Source of the DNA: Balanoglossus misakiensis | Taxonomy: Eukaryota > Animalia > Hemichordata | Assembly (NCBI GenBank): GCA_040954595.2 | Contig: CM082598.2 | Location: 1,178,001 to 1,242,000 of the forward strand | Reading direction: 5' to 3' | Length of the DNA: 64,000 nucleotides | Shown: positions 1-11,472 of the stretch, piece by piece | Position numbering within the stretch: the first letter of the stretch is position 1 | Layout: every line of letters begins with the position of its first letter | Notes under the pieces: model-generated | Databases searched by the model: none | What the model saw: the letters and a program-made list of their open reading frames with translations, nothing else | What the model was told of the DNA's origin: nothing | Made by a program: the position numbers and the translations under genes

Positions 1-3000
1 ATACAGGTAATGTCCCGTTAAGTTGGGACGACACCAAACTTTATGTACAGTGGTGATTTTGAACACATCCTCTGACAGTATTTCTACTCTTTCTTCTACA
101 GTGTCATTAACAAGTACAAACCCAACAGCATATCTTGGATTTATGTTAACAGCGACAAAAGCTGCGTATGACTATGAACCTGCTGGGACATTTGAGGTGA
201 GGAAACAATTTCAAAAATATTAATCAGCGAATCAGACACTTGACTTGATAATTTTCATTCACTTTCTGACATTAAAATGAGAAAACAAACTGTGGTTTAA
301 ACTTGTTTTTAATAAAATAATATACAGTCAAACCTGTGTTAGTGGCCACCTTTATATAGTGGACACTTTGTTACAGTCCCTGTGTAATTCACAGGTGCAT
401 TAATTAACCTCTATATAAAGGCCACCTGTAAAGGCCAGTTTAGGAAAGTCCCCTGACTGGCCACTATAGACAGGTTCGACTGTATACTTGTTTTGTGTTT
501 AATAAAATAATATAACTCATTTCAGAGAAAGTACTGTCGTATACTTTCAAATCATTAGTTGGAATCTATTCAGTACAATCCAACATCCGTACCTTAATTA
601 CAGTTATAGTCGTGTGAATTTCCGGGTTTGAAATTCACTAATGGTTACCAGTGCAATGAGTTTTAAAAATTCATTAGAATTTCCCTTAATCGACTGTTGT
701 AATCCGGTCAACATGATGTTATTTCTTTGTGCCGTTGTGGGTAATGATCACGTAATGCCAGCATAAAGACAAAATGAGCTTGAAAAAAACGACATCGAGC
801 AATTATCATGATTATGGATTTAAAAAGACCAGTAGTTGAAAGCATTTTAGAAGACCCATTATAACGTAATGGGGATACGTTTTCTTGGGGCTTGTTGATA
901 ATGGCTAAAAGGGAAAAAAATGCAGAAAACTGAACTGTTACAGGGACAATCGCTGTAACATTTGTCTTTATTGCCAGTATTTTTGTTCAGTGTATCAAAC
1001 ACAAATTTTTGTTCTACTCCAAACAGCATGCTTATAAACCCAGTACTCTGCTTGTCAACGTAGCCTGTATGTAACAATCATTGTTATTGTTGACAAATGA
1101 TTTCTAGTCCGGACTCAAGCCGTTGTTTTTGTTTTGTCGAATAATTGCTGTTTTTGTTATTGCTGTTTGTAGCTGGTGGACCCTGGCATATCTCGCTTCA
1201 CAGAAAACTGTCCATATGCAGTGACACACTCTAACAACATTCCTAAGATGTCCATATCTATTATTTGGACTGCACCTCCAGCTGGTACTGGATGCATCCA
1301 TTTCAAGTAAGTTTTAATTGATGTACAGTGAACACACTGTAACATGTCTGCAAGATTCGCATTGGGCGTATTGTATCGACACATCAGTTTTATTGACTCT
1401 TTCTCTGCAAATTCAATTACCCTGATTGCATGGTAATGCCAATTGACAAGAAAACTACTTTCCTCAACCATTGTTTTCTGAAACATCGTTAGCTGGCTGT
1501 TGAAAGCGCTTGATTGCTTCATTGTCGGTTCCTCGCATGCTGATATTGATCCTTGTTAAATCACGACAAAAAATCCTGTCGACAATCAAGTCCACATCAA
1601 TTGAGAACTTGAATCCATCAACAGAAACAGTAAGGGGCTGATTACACTGGTCGTAATTATCTCCACAGTGGTTTCATGAGTAGACAAGTGTATTTTCCTT
1701 AGAGTCATTTTCACTTAAGGTAGTACTCGCCTTGCCTCAGGGACAGATTTTCAGAAAAATGAAATTGGTATCTTTCATCCTCGGTATACCAGTACATCAA
1801 CACACACACACTAAACAACCATTAAAGGTAAATGGCACAGCTGAGAACGTGTCCTGAGTAGGCAAATCATTTTCAAAGACTACCTTGAAAAACAAAAACA
1901 TCAGTCCATGGTCAAGTCGCTTCATGCACCAGAATGCATGAACTTTTGGATTCATGGACCATTTGATTCTCAAATTGGTTACCACTAGTTTTCTTTTAAG
2001 ATCTCTTTATTTTTATTGCTTTGTTTTCTTTCTATGCACCTGAAAATGTTTGCAATCGTACTATAGACACGGAAAACCCCTCACCCGAGAGTGAATTGGC
2101 CTGTCCCTTACTAGCGCCCCAATCAGTTGGCTAATGGATCTCTATTGTGCTTATTCAACGCAATTATTGTTCTGGCATTTATATCAAGCAGTCGGTCGGG
2201 GACACCGGTTAATGGATCCACCCCTTGCAGCGCTAGAAGTTGTTATCACAAGTCGAATTACATGATGAAGCTGTACTAACTAGCTGAAGGGCAGTACAAG
2301 CATTGATACACTCTGGTCTTATCTGAATATCTTGGATCAGTTTCAGTGATGCAGAAACAGACGAGAAATGAAGTTCTTTCATCATAATAAAAACTCTCCC
2401 ATCCATCTTGTACTGGTTCCCAGTATCCATGCCGTTACGTACTGTAAAATTCATATTATCAGTCAAAACAGTTGACAGAAAAAGACATTGTTTCTATCAC
2501 CCTGTATTGTGGCACTGAATCAAAATTTGTTTGTAGTCAACTTTCTCCACAACACGAGGACACTTATACTCTCACTAGACAATAATAGTGACCAGAAACA
2601 TGAGCCGGGATAAGTTTGGAAGTCAAACATCATCACCAACCAATTATGTTTGTTATTCAAGCACTCAGTCCAGAGGGGATTATACGACAGATTAATTGAC
2701 AAACTTCTTCATCTCATTAGTGTTAAAGCTAGACAGAACTTGCAAAGATATTACTTCCAGATCATCCATCTGTATCTTTCTGCTGAACTTTGACCCAATG
2801 AAAATATAATACCCCTGGTTTGACATGACATACTTGACATTTCAATAGTGTGTGAAGTTACAATTGATAAAACAAGACTGTATGTTTTCTGATACAAGAT
2901 TTATCGTTTACAAAGATCAGTTTACAGCCTCTTGACTCGAGGTTGGTTATTTTTGTCAGAAGTTATTTTTGTAACTCTATCGAGTGACACAAGGATGAAT

Positions 3001-6000
3001 CATCGTAGATGTTAGTTGATGTACTGAAACAGATTATATGAAGACCTTGCTGACATATGGATAACATGAATACCTATTTTGAATGTAATATGCCAAGTGT
3101 GGACAGCCAGTTTTTACTTGTATGTCAAGAAATCCTGGAAATTGATATTAAAATATATTTACTTTCATTTCTAGAGCTACAGTGGTACAACAAAAACTGG
3201 TCTGGTTTCAAGATGATGGTACTCTCACCAAGACTCTTTGTGAAGCTGGTAAATTTCATATTTTTTCTTCAATTTTTTATGGAGTGTGCTACAGAAGAAA
3301 TAAAGATTAAGATATTACACATATGATTGTCTAATACAGTAAAACCTGTCTAAACTGAACACCAAGGGGACTGAAGATACCATTCGGTTTGTAGAGGTGT
3401 TCAGTTTATAGAGGTTCCTTTAACATGTGGTTCTATTTGATAGGGACTGGCAAATGTGTTCAGTATAGACAGGTTTCCAGATTAGACAGGGTTCGGTTTA
3501 GGCTGGTTTTACTGTAGTTGTCACATTTAGTCTGTGATTCATTCATTCATTTCAGTTGATGGTTCTATAACCGAGACTGGTCAGAGAGAGATCCCTGACT
3601 GCTGTGCTTGTGGTAGTGCGAAATATAAAGTGACGTTTATGGGACAGTGGACGAGATACACTCATCCAAAAGATTACCCATCAGGTAAATGGAATCCTTT
3701 ATTGTTGGTAGAACATTCTGTGACCATGATGCCATTTTCACCTTGCATGACGAGAGCGAGGTAAAGTTATCACCTCTGCTGTGTGTGAGTCTGTCTGTCT
3801 GTCTGATAGTATGATATCTCAAAAACAGCTACTCAAGTTTTTGTAAAATATAACAGTTTGTTTCTTCTTCAAATGTCCATTTTCGTTCCAAAAAAAAGTA
3901 TCCATCTTGTCACTGAAGAAAGAGGTACATGTCTCTTGATTTATCCAAATTTCTCTTCTGTTGTCAAGGCTACCAGAATCACTGGTCATCTCTCAGTGGA
4001 GCTTCTCACAGCAAAGACTATATGATATTTGAGTATGGGGGTTATTCTACTGAAGGGGTGCGTCGAATTGCAGAGTGGGGGTCTGCTAGAGAGTTAGAAA
4101 ATGAAATGCAGGATGAGGTAAGTATAATTAAAGCCCCAATAAGGCTTGATCAGATCCCATATGTGGATCAAGGGCCTAGACTATTGACAGCATTGTAAGT
4201 TAGTAGAAAGGCAAACCTGTGTTATTGGCCACCTCTATATAGTGGCTACTTCTTACGGTCCCTGTGCAATTAATAAGTACATTAATTGACCTATCTATAA
4301 AGGCCACCTGTCTATAAAGACCAGCTTAGGAAAGTCCTTTGACAGGTTAAACTGTAGAAGAATCTTTTAGTCAAGTCTGTGTCCAATTGGAAACCAATGG
4401 AGACTACAAACGACTAGGGATATGTCTGTTTTTTTCATATAATAATTCTGGCTGCAGTATTTTGAGCTATAATTAATATTAATACATTGCACTACAACAT
4501 ATATTAATTGTTATATATCAATTTTCAACATACAGGGAACCAACATCAGAACAGTTATCAAAACTCGTCCATTATGGCCAGCCGTTGGCAATATGTCAGC
4601 CGTTTTCAGCACGGATACAAACAGACATTTGCTGTCAGTGCTGACTATGTTAGGTCCCAGTCCCGACTGGTGTACTGGTATCAGTGCTCTTGATCTGTGC
4701 ACGGCCAACTGTGGATGGGCAAAGTATGCCGAGCTCGGTCTATATCCCTGGGATGCGGGAACTGATAGTGGAGTAACTTACATGGTAATCAGACATTTCA
4801 GATATCTATTAGAAAGTAGAATTCATAGTCTACACATATGACCGACACAACAGGTGAATACCTGAAATAACAGTTTGTTGTTAAGACGCAAACTGAACTG
4901 CCTTGTAGCATTGGCTGTATACAGTTTTTGTAACCAGAGTCTCTGGTTTGGCACATGCGCATAATAGAAGACGATCGTCACCCTTTAATTTCATTTTAAA
5001 CCTTTTTTAATAACGGATGCACTTTCATCTTGTATTACTAGTCAACCAATTCTCACACAGTTCCACAGGAGAAGATCCAACCATTCACCAGTTCTTATCC
5101 GCCCAATGATGCGTCACCTTTCTTCGATCCCACCGGCCAGCCAATCAAACCAGTCGGTAAACTCGTAGTTCAAAGGTTAGATGTCAAAGGTGATCAGTGT
5201 TGGATTAATCCAGATGCAGGTGAAGTGGAAATAAAAGTAGAAGAAGGTAATAGGAGATATTGAATGACTTTTTGATGATGAATACTGTTTTCGACCTGAA
5301 GATAACCAAATTTACTCATCATATGAAACAAAACCTGTCAGTTGTAATTTTTAACAATTACATGTACATTCAATACTTCACTTTATAGATTACAACCTTC
5401 TGGTTGCTACGGACAACCCTGACAGCACTCCCCCTCCTCACGGAGGAGGTGTCATGCCCCCTAAGGAAGGAATGGAGAAGACCATGCCCCCTAAGGATAT
5501 GAATATTCCCACAATGATGCCCAAGAAAGAGATGGGAGGAGAGGTTACTATGCCACCTAAGGGGCCCATGATGGGGAAGACAGAACAACCTCATATGCCA
5601 GGTAAGAATCTTTGCACAAAATAATCAGAAAATGGATAAGTTTCAAGCAACACTCCATATACAAACGTGACAAGACACAGTCCAAACAGTGTCGAAAAGA
5701 ATGAGCAACCCTGCCCAACATGTAGCATATCAATTATATATCTGTTGATGTAATGTGGTTAATACAGTTTATACAGCGGTCTAGCATTCAGTACTACAAA
5801 GTTGTCAAGTGTTCTTCAATTACAATGTGCTCACAGAAAGTCTATGGAAATCCTGAAAACACTGTATTGATGGCAGGGAAAATCTTGTGATTTCTTTACA
5901 GGGAAAGATATGCCGGTTGATTGTATGATGAGTGAATGGGGGCCGTGGTCGCAGTGCACCAAAACATGCGGAAAACACGGAAAGACGGTGCGACAGAGAA

Positions 6001-6511
6001 TGGTCAAAGTCCGACCTAAGAGAGGTGGACAGAAATGCGGCAAAAGGAAACAAAAACAGAAGTGCAACACAGATATTCGATGCCGTAAGTATATCACCCT
6101 TTCACCGCCATGGTTCAGTCCAAACCATTGTTTTCTCTGGTAAAGTTGGACGGCCATAGAGGGAACTGGGGGTGAAAGGGTTAATCTTTTGGCTGAAAGG
6201 TGGTGCCACTCTTCCTATGTTAACTTGACTGTACTAAGCAGTTTTTGTAACCAGAGTCTCTGGTTTGATACATGTGCATAAGATGATTGTCGCCCTTTAA
6301 ACCTGTGACAATGTAAAGACTATTCTCTCTACTTTCAGCTGTGGATTGCAAACTCGGAATGTGGAGCTACTGGTCAGAATGCAGCAAGACGTGTGGAAGT
6401 GACGCTGTGCAGATTCGAACCAGACCTGTCATCAAAAGACCTAAGCATGGAGGGGCTGAGTGCGGAGAAACGAAAGAAATGATGCCTTGCGAAGGACTGC
6501 CATCTTGTTAA
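1..6511 (+). CDS. SPON1: F-spondin/spondin-1-like protein (Reeler + Spondin_N + MPPK-repeat linker + 2 TSP1 repeats); 5' end lies upstream of the window
   Basis: GT-AG exons at about 102-196, 1173-1306 (CPYAVTHSNNIPKMSISIIWTAPPAGTGCIHFK, Reeler), 3175-3248, 3556-3684 (CCACGSAKYKVTFMGQWTRYTHPKDYP), 3969-4117, 4536-4784 (LGPSPDWCTGISALDLC...LYPWDAGTDSGVTY, Spondin_N), 5042-5246, 5389-5601, 5902-6084 and 6339-6511 (two WSxCSKTCG-type TSP1 repeats). Stop TAA at 6509-6511. Confidence 0.9.
325..482. mobile_element. MITE, Tc1/mariner-pogo-like (TA target duplication, CAGTC(A/G)AACCTGT TIRs)
   Basis: TA-CAGTCAAACCTGT...ACAGGTTCGACTG-TA. Related copies at about 4212-4354, 36640-36792 (inverted) and 39797-39995. 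Confidence 0.8.
1716..1888. mobile_element. Kolobok-like non-autonomous element remnant
   Basis: Begins TTAA-GGTAGTAC and ends with ...CTACC-TTGA. The same terminus (GTACTACC-TTAA) closes the element at about 11340-11472. Confidence 0.45.
3337..3514. mobile_element. MITE, Tc1/mariner-pogo-like
   Basis: TA-CAGTAAAACCTGTCTAAAC...GTTTAGGCTGGTTTTACTG-TA. Related fragments at about 47360-47432, 50518-50550, 54160-54200 and 55700-55778. Confidence 0.8.
4212..4354. mobile_element. MITE copy, same family as 325-482
   Basis: Shares AAACCTGTGTTA-TGGCCACCT...ATAAAGGCCACCTGT...GGAAAGTCC...GACAGGTT-ACTGTA. Confidence 0.7.
4922..4990. repeat. Short dispersed repeat, duplicated at about 6239-6300
   Basis: CAGTTTTTGTAACCAGAGTCTCTGGTTTG..CATG.GCATAA...GA.GAT.GTC.CCCTTTAA is present in two spondin introns. 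Confidence 0.75.
6097..6180. mobile_element. ~85-bp piggyBac-like MITE (CCCTTTCACC...GGTGAAAGGG TIRs, TTAA target site)
   Basis: CCC...GGG termini, followed by TTAA. One of 8 copies in the window. Confidence 0.75.
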
Positions 6512-7856
6512 GGAGACATGCAAACTATCCTTTCTGTCTTGCAAAAAGATTTACAACTAAGCATGGGTTGTGTTTTGTCCAAGTCATGTATCTCACACAT
6601 TCTAGGTTTTAATCCTTTCACCATCATGGTTTGGTTTATTTCAATGACAATGCTAGAACTATGATCGTGCAACACAAATGTGTCAGACATGCAGCAGGTC
6701 TCTCAAATAAATGTCAGGATTATAAAATAATAAGTAGCAAAAATAGTGGAAGTATATTGAACGGTGCTGTGTGTATATTTTAGACCAGAAATATTTCATG
6801 TTTTAAGCGCATTTTAGATGTATATCATCACAATTTTTACAATTCAAAACAACTTTATTAAAACTACTTTTAGTTAACCCACAGTGCTTCAAGTGAATGT
6901 TGTTGTTTTTCAAAATGTTATGCAAATTTCAACATATGTATTTTAATTCACATTCAGTTTTATCCATAGTAGTTGCACGTGACGATTTATTCAAACTCTC
7001 AATCATGTGATGTAAATCAACCAATGGCATTAACATTACTTATTTTAACTATTCAAATCAACTGTCAAACTCTAAGACTCGACAATGGCATATGTGTGTC
7101 TGAGAAGGCTTTTACTTCTATAATTTTACCATCAATACTTCAATTTCTGAAACATTTGTTCTTGATTTGATACATTTTGGAGCAAACGTTATAAATAAAT
7201 CCTATCAGTGAACTCCTATAACTGTTTATATGTCACCAGTCATGTCCTGATAGCTCAAGAATTTAGTACTGAAGATCACCAAAACCAATACAAGACTTAT
7301 CATGATCAAGAGAATGCCACCTTATTTACATTAGGCCACCGTTTGTTTCAGTGTAAAATCAATCATCAGTGCAAATGACCAATTTCTGCACAAGTATAAT
7401 AGAACGTTCATTTTCGATTTAGTTGCCTAAACACCAAGATAGTGGAGTTAACATACGTAGCTTTGGTAACAGTTATTGAGAAAGAAAAACACCGAAAAAA
7501 GGGTCAGAAAATGGGACCTAAAAACGGATAAAGCGGCCACATGAGGGCGCTGTCACGTTGGTCACAAGAATATTGCATCTTCTTCTTGAAGTGTACAATT
7601 CGTGTGATGCCATCAATCATGAAATTAGTAATCTAAAGACTAGGGCACTCTCAGTTCTACAGTGTAAGATCGTATCTGATTAATCTGGTTCCCTGACCCG
7701 TTTTCCCAGATAGAGGTCGCAGGGAACTATACTACATGTACTATCTCATCACTGATCAGTTTATCCCTCCAGATGATAACATCTTAAGTTAATGATAAAT
7801 GAGGAAAAGACAGAACAAATATTTGAAAATAAAGAAGTGGATCAAAGGTCTTGAAA

Positions 7857-8234
7857 ATGGCCACTACAGAGACAGCGGCTGTTGAGATGCACCAGAATGG
7901 GCTGTACTTGTTCACCCTGAACGCTTTGTACATGTGCATGATAGGGATGATGTATGTGGGATCACCACCCAAAATATACAAGGGACAAGCAGAACGTTTG
8001 GCACAACTTTGCGGAGTTTCCATGATCTGCTTGGCAATGATTTCTTGGTTTGCACGTGGATGGGTTCAGCTTGCAAACGTCACAGCGCCGATACTGGGAT
8101 TTTATAATTTTTCTTACGGTGTGGTTACTGGAGTACTGCGCAAGGAAACGGCCAATCCTGACGACAATTTCCAATCCACCATGAGTTTTATTTTCGCCAT
8201 TTTATTTTCGCTGTACACCACGGGATACGTATAA
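7857..8234 (+). CDS. Small intronless-CDS membrane protein, ~125 aa, four predicted TM helices, function unknown
   Basis: ATG at 7857 in good context (AAAATGG). Four hydrophobic segments: GLYLFTLNALYMCMIGMMYVG, LAQLCGVSMICLAMISWFA, APILGFYNFSYGVVTGVL, MSFIFAILFSLYT. Upstream acceptor CCCTCCAG at about 7772 suggests a 5' UTR intron. Confidence 0.6.
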   Translation: MATTETAAVEMHQNGLYLFTLNALYMCMIGMMYVGSPPKIYKGQAERLAQLCGVSMICLAMISWFARGWVQLANVTAPILGFYNFSYGVVTGVLRKETANPDDNFQSTMSFIFAILFSLYTTGYV

Positions 8235-8758
8235 CGACGACAGGACTTGTCTACGCCACGTCAGCATTTTATCAACACCTACTTGAAAGCTAGATTGACC
8301 AGTACTGTCCGATGTCCGGAGGAGAATCGTTGTGGAATGATTTCTGTTTGACCAGATGCGGAACAACTGAGGGGCGTCGACAAACACCTGTGGACAGTGG
8401 AAGCTAATCAATCGTGCAGAGAATATTTCATATAGGCTTTAATCTCCATTCCAGATGTCGGGGAAACTAAAATAGGTCATAGTAAACCTATAACGAATGG
8501 ATATTCATAGTATTTATTTTTGTTGGTGGTGTACGGAAATATCACCATATAGGCGAAAAATTGAACACCATCTGCCACTGTTCTGTTTTAATAATGAACA
8601 TGGAATCGGATTAAATAAACTCGTCCTGATACACATCATCTGCCTCATCTGTGTGTAGATAAATATGACATTCAAATATTAGGGTGGGGTTGGTCTGAAC
8701 TGAATATATGCGACATTGCTGTTTATAAACGTACTATGATCAATGTTTCCACTATCCA

Positions 8759-8775
8759 GAGAGAGAGAGAGAGAG
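8759..8775. repeat. (GA)n microsatellite
   Basis: Direct reading. Confidence 0.9.
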
Positions 8776-9024
8776 CTTGCCAACCAAAGAAGTTTCATGT
8801 CTTGCGAATCACTCTCAAAATTGGACGTCTCTCAGCAAATAAAAACCTAACACTACAAATAAACAAGTATACATCCTTGGGAATTACTTAGTTTGAAGTT
8901 ATTCTATCGTAGTTTTCTTACAACTCTGGCAAAACACGAAAGGAACAATTTCTGAATGGGTATGTTTTGGATGTTACAAAATGCAAACCTTTTCGCAGGT
9001 ATATATTGATCACAACTTTGATAG

Positions 9025-9975
9025 TCATGGCTTCAGTCTTAATTTAAACAACTCATCATAATTGGGCTGGGCAGCTTGGATTGCATCTTGGACGTACTGT
9101 GGAAAAGATGTGAGGTCATCTTCTTCAGATGAAGTGCGTGCAGGTTTAACAAAACCTGTACTACTTATTACATCAGCATACCAAGCATCTTCTCCAAACC
9201 ACCCTTCACAACGACCAGGTTCCCAGTGAAGCATTTCTTCTCTGAACTCAAATCCAACAGCATCACAATATTTCTTCATCATGGTGGGAGGGTCACTCAA
9301 CAAGTCGTCTGCATCGATGACCACTGGTGTTTGTCCCTTGACATCTCGCACATACTGATAAAGTTCCCACATTGCGTTAAAACTCTCCTCGCCTGGAAGA
9401 ATAATTGCTTCGTTGCCATAGACACCTGTAAATGCCTTGTAAAAAGAAGGGACCGATTTGATCGGTTTGCGTATCAGGAAAGTGTGGCGACATCCATCGG
9501 GTAGAGCATCTTTCCGACCTGTTCCTATTATACGGTAAGCGTGGTCCTTCATAAACAGACCACGATACCCTGGATAATCTTTCTCAATGATCCGTTTGAC
9601 GTCAGAGAATTTATAGCCGGGCTTTACTGGATTGTCCAGGTAGTACGGATAACATCTCTCCTCGCCGAAGAAAACTGCCATGCCGAACAATTCATGGAAG
9701 ACTTTCACATTACCAAGTGCTCGAATTGATCTCTCAAATGCTGTTGACAAACATCTAGGTTTGGTCCATAAAATGACTCTTGCAAATTGGCCGTCACTTT
9801 GACTCTGCTCTGCTCTGTGGACAAGGAAAGGGCCATCGTTTAATTCCCACAGCGTGTTACAAAATGATCAGTGGCTACGAAACACATGTCTTTTACATTA
9901 ACTAATATATTTCGACCAACGACTTGCTTGAACATACCTTTCCATGGCAGATTCAGTCCGTGAAGTATCTTCCAT
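9025..9975 (-). CDS. Sulfotransferase-like P-loop protein (family of the N-terminal domain of plant BCAT-like proteins / Sulfotransfer_5-like)
   Basis: Exon 1 is 9975-9938 (MEDTSRTESAME, donor GTATG), spliced in phase 2 to exon 2 at 9814-9025. Motifs: RVILWTKPRCLSTAFERS, VFHE, FMKDHAY, HTFLIRKPIKSVPSFYK, PVVIDADDLLSDP...YCDAVGFEFREEMLHW, WYADVISSTGF. Confidence 0.85.
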
Positions 9976-10510
9976 GAATCTTAGATCTGGAAAAGGTTGG
10001 ATCAACCTGTGCACTCTATCCACGATCAAAATACTGAGGCATCAATACTTATTTATGGCACTGTATTTTGAATGTGTGTACAGGGAATGCTGATCGGTAT
10101 ATATATACACTTTCCAATATGAATACAAACTCTCTCTGTGTCATACATATGCTCCTAGTGTAGCTGGTTGTTGTTTATAATGCAGATATTTTGGACACAA
10201 TCTGTTTCTTTAAAAAACAGTTGAGTTCTTCTTATAGCCTACGAGTGTTCTTTTCAAAAAAGTAATTTTAGGCCTAATGTACCCATTTTTAAAACTGTGT
10301 GGTGCTGTCTAAAACATGCACACATGAACATAGTCCGTGTCCACAGCGGTTTTCTTTCAGAGAAAGTATTTTTAGAGTCTGCAGTTCCTTGAGTGTAACA
10401 CCACACAGTAGCAATTATTTTTTTCATGTATTTCTTTATTAACATGTATTCACAAGACGAAAAGCTACGATATTTTTGTGATAGTGTTCAGATAGAAGTA
10501 TCTTCGGTGT

Positions 10511-10768
10511 TCATGGCTTCATTCTTACTTTGTGCAACTCATCATAATTGGGTTGGGCAGCTTGGATTGCATCTTGGACATACTGTGGAAAAGATGTGAT
10601 GTCATCTTCTTCAGATGACGTGCGTGCAGGTTCAAAGCCAGTACTAGTTGTTACATTGGTATACCAAGCATCTTCCAAAAAAACCACTCGTCACAACGAC
10701 CAGCTTCCCAGTGAAGCATTTCTTCTCTGAACTCAAATTCAACAGCATCTCAACATTTCTTCATCATT
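10511..10768 (-). pseudogene. Frameshifted 3' fragment of a tandem duplicate of the sulfotransferase-like gene
   Basis: Aligns to 9025-9282 with high identity. The segment TCCAAAAAAACCACTCG (17 nt) replaces TCTCCAAACCACCCT (15 nt), giving a +2 frameshift. No 5' part of the gene is present. Confidence 0.8.
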
Positions 10769-10775
10769 CTTCAGT

Positions 10776-11181
10776 TCAAGTCCCAAGTTCTAGTTTTGGA
10801 CCATGCACTGATGACGTTCTTTTATTACAACAGAACTGGGTTTTCGCTATAAAGCTGTTTTGATCCGTGGGCTGGGTTAGCAGATTCACGTTTAGACTCT
10901 CTCACAGCCCATGGTTCGCTACAAGGCTCTTGACTTACGCGCCCTCAACCGTTCGGCAAAGGAGAAGCCCCAGATGGTGTTCACACATGCAATCAGACTA
11001 TAAGCCTGCATGGACAACGAGAGGGGCTGTGAGAGTCTAATTCACGGTGTGCAAACAGTGCAGTATATGAACTCAGTTTGACATTTGTGAAAATGGGAAA
11101 GAAGGGGATTAACACTTACCTGCCACACAATGTACAAGTGAACAAAACGAAAAATATCATCATCAGTAGTGGCAAAGTCAT
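10776..11181 (-). CDS. Candidate spliced small ORF (46 aa) with signal-peptide-like N-terminus, or last two exons of a lost membrane-protein gene
   Basis: Exon 11237-11120 (acceptor CAACAG, donor GTAAGT) joins in phase 2 to an exon starting at 10854 (acceptor AAACAG), giving MTLPLLMMIFFVLFTCTLCGSFIAKTQFCCNKRTSSVHGPKLELGT*. Confidence 0.35.
10892..11040. mobile_element. MITE-like element with terminal inverted repeats
   Basis: TTAGACTCTCTCACAGCCC...GGGCTGTGAGAGTCTAA. Confidence 0.65.
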
Positions 11182-11339
11182 AGCGAGGCCATCCAGTTCA
11201 TCACAGCTGTGATTTTCCAAATTTTCCGGTTTGTATCCTGTTGAAAAACAAAACGTGAAGACCTTGATAAATATCTTAGGAATGACTTAACCTTACACTA
11301 TGTGCACCTCTGGATCAGAGCTTCAGAAAAACCTTGCGA

Positions 11340-11472
11340 TGTTTAAGTGTGTAAGGAGTCGTTTTGAAAACAAAGAAGAAAACTACGTGTAAATATTCTC
11401 CATAAAGTTAACACAGAGATTGGTGGTCATTTTGAGACAAAGTTTAAGACTTTTGACGCGCGTACTACCTTA
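11340..11472. mobile_element. Kolobok-like non-autonomous element fragment
   Basis: Ends GTACTACC-TTAA. Internal CATAAAGTTAACACAGAGATTGG is shared with about 24075-24115 (inverted) and about 62850-62890. Confidence 0.55.
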
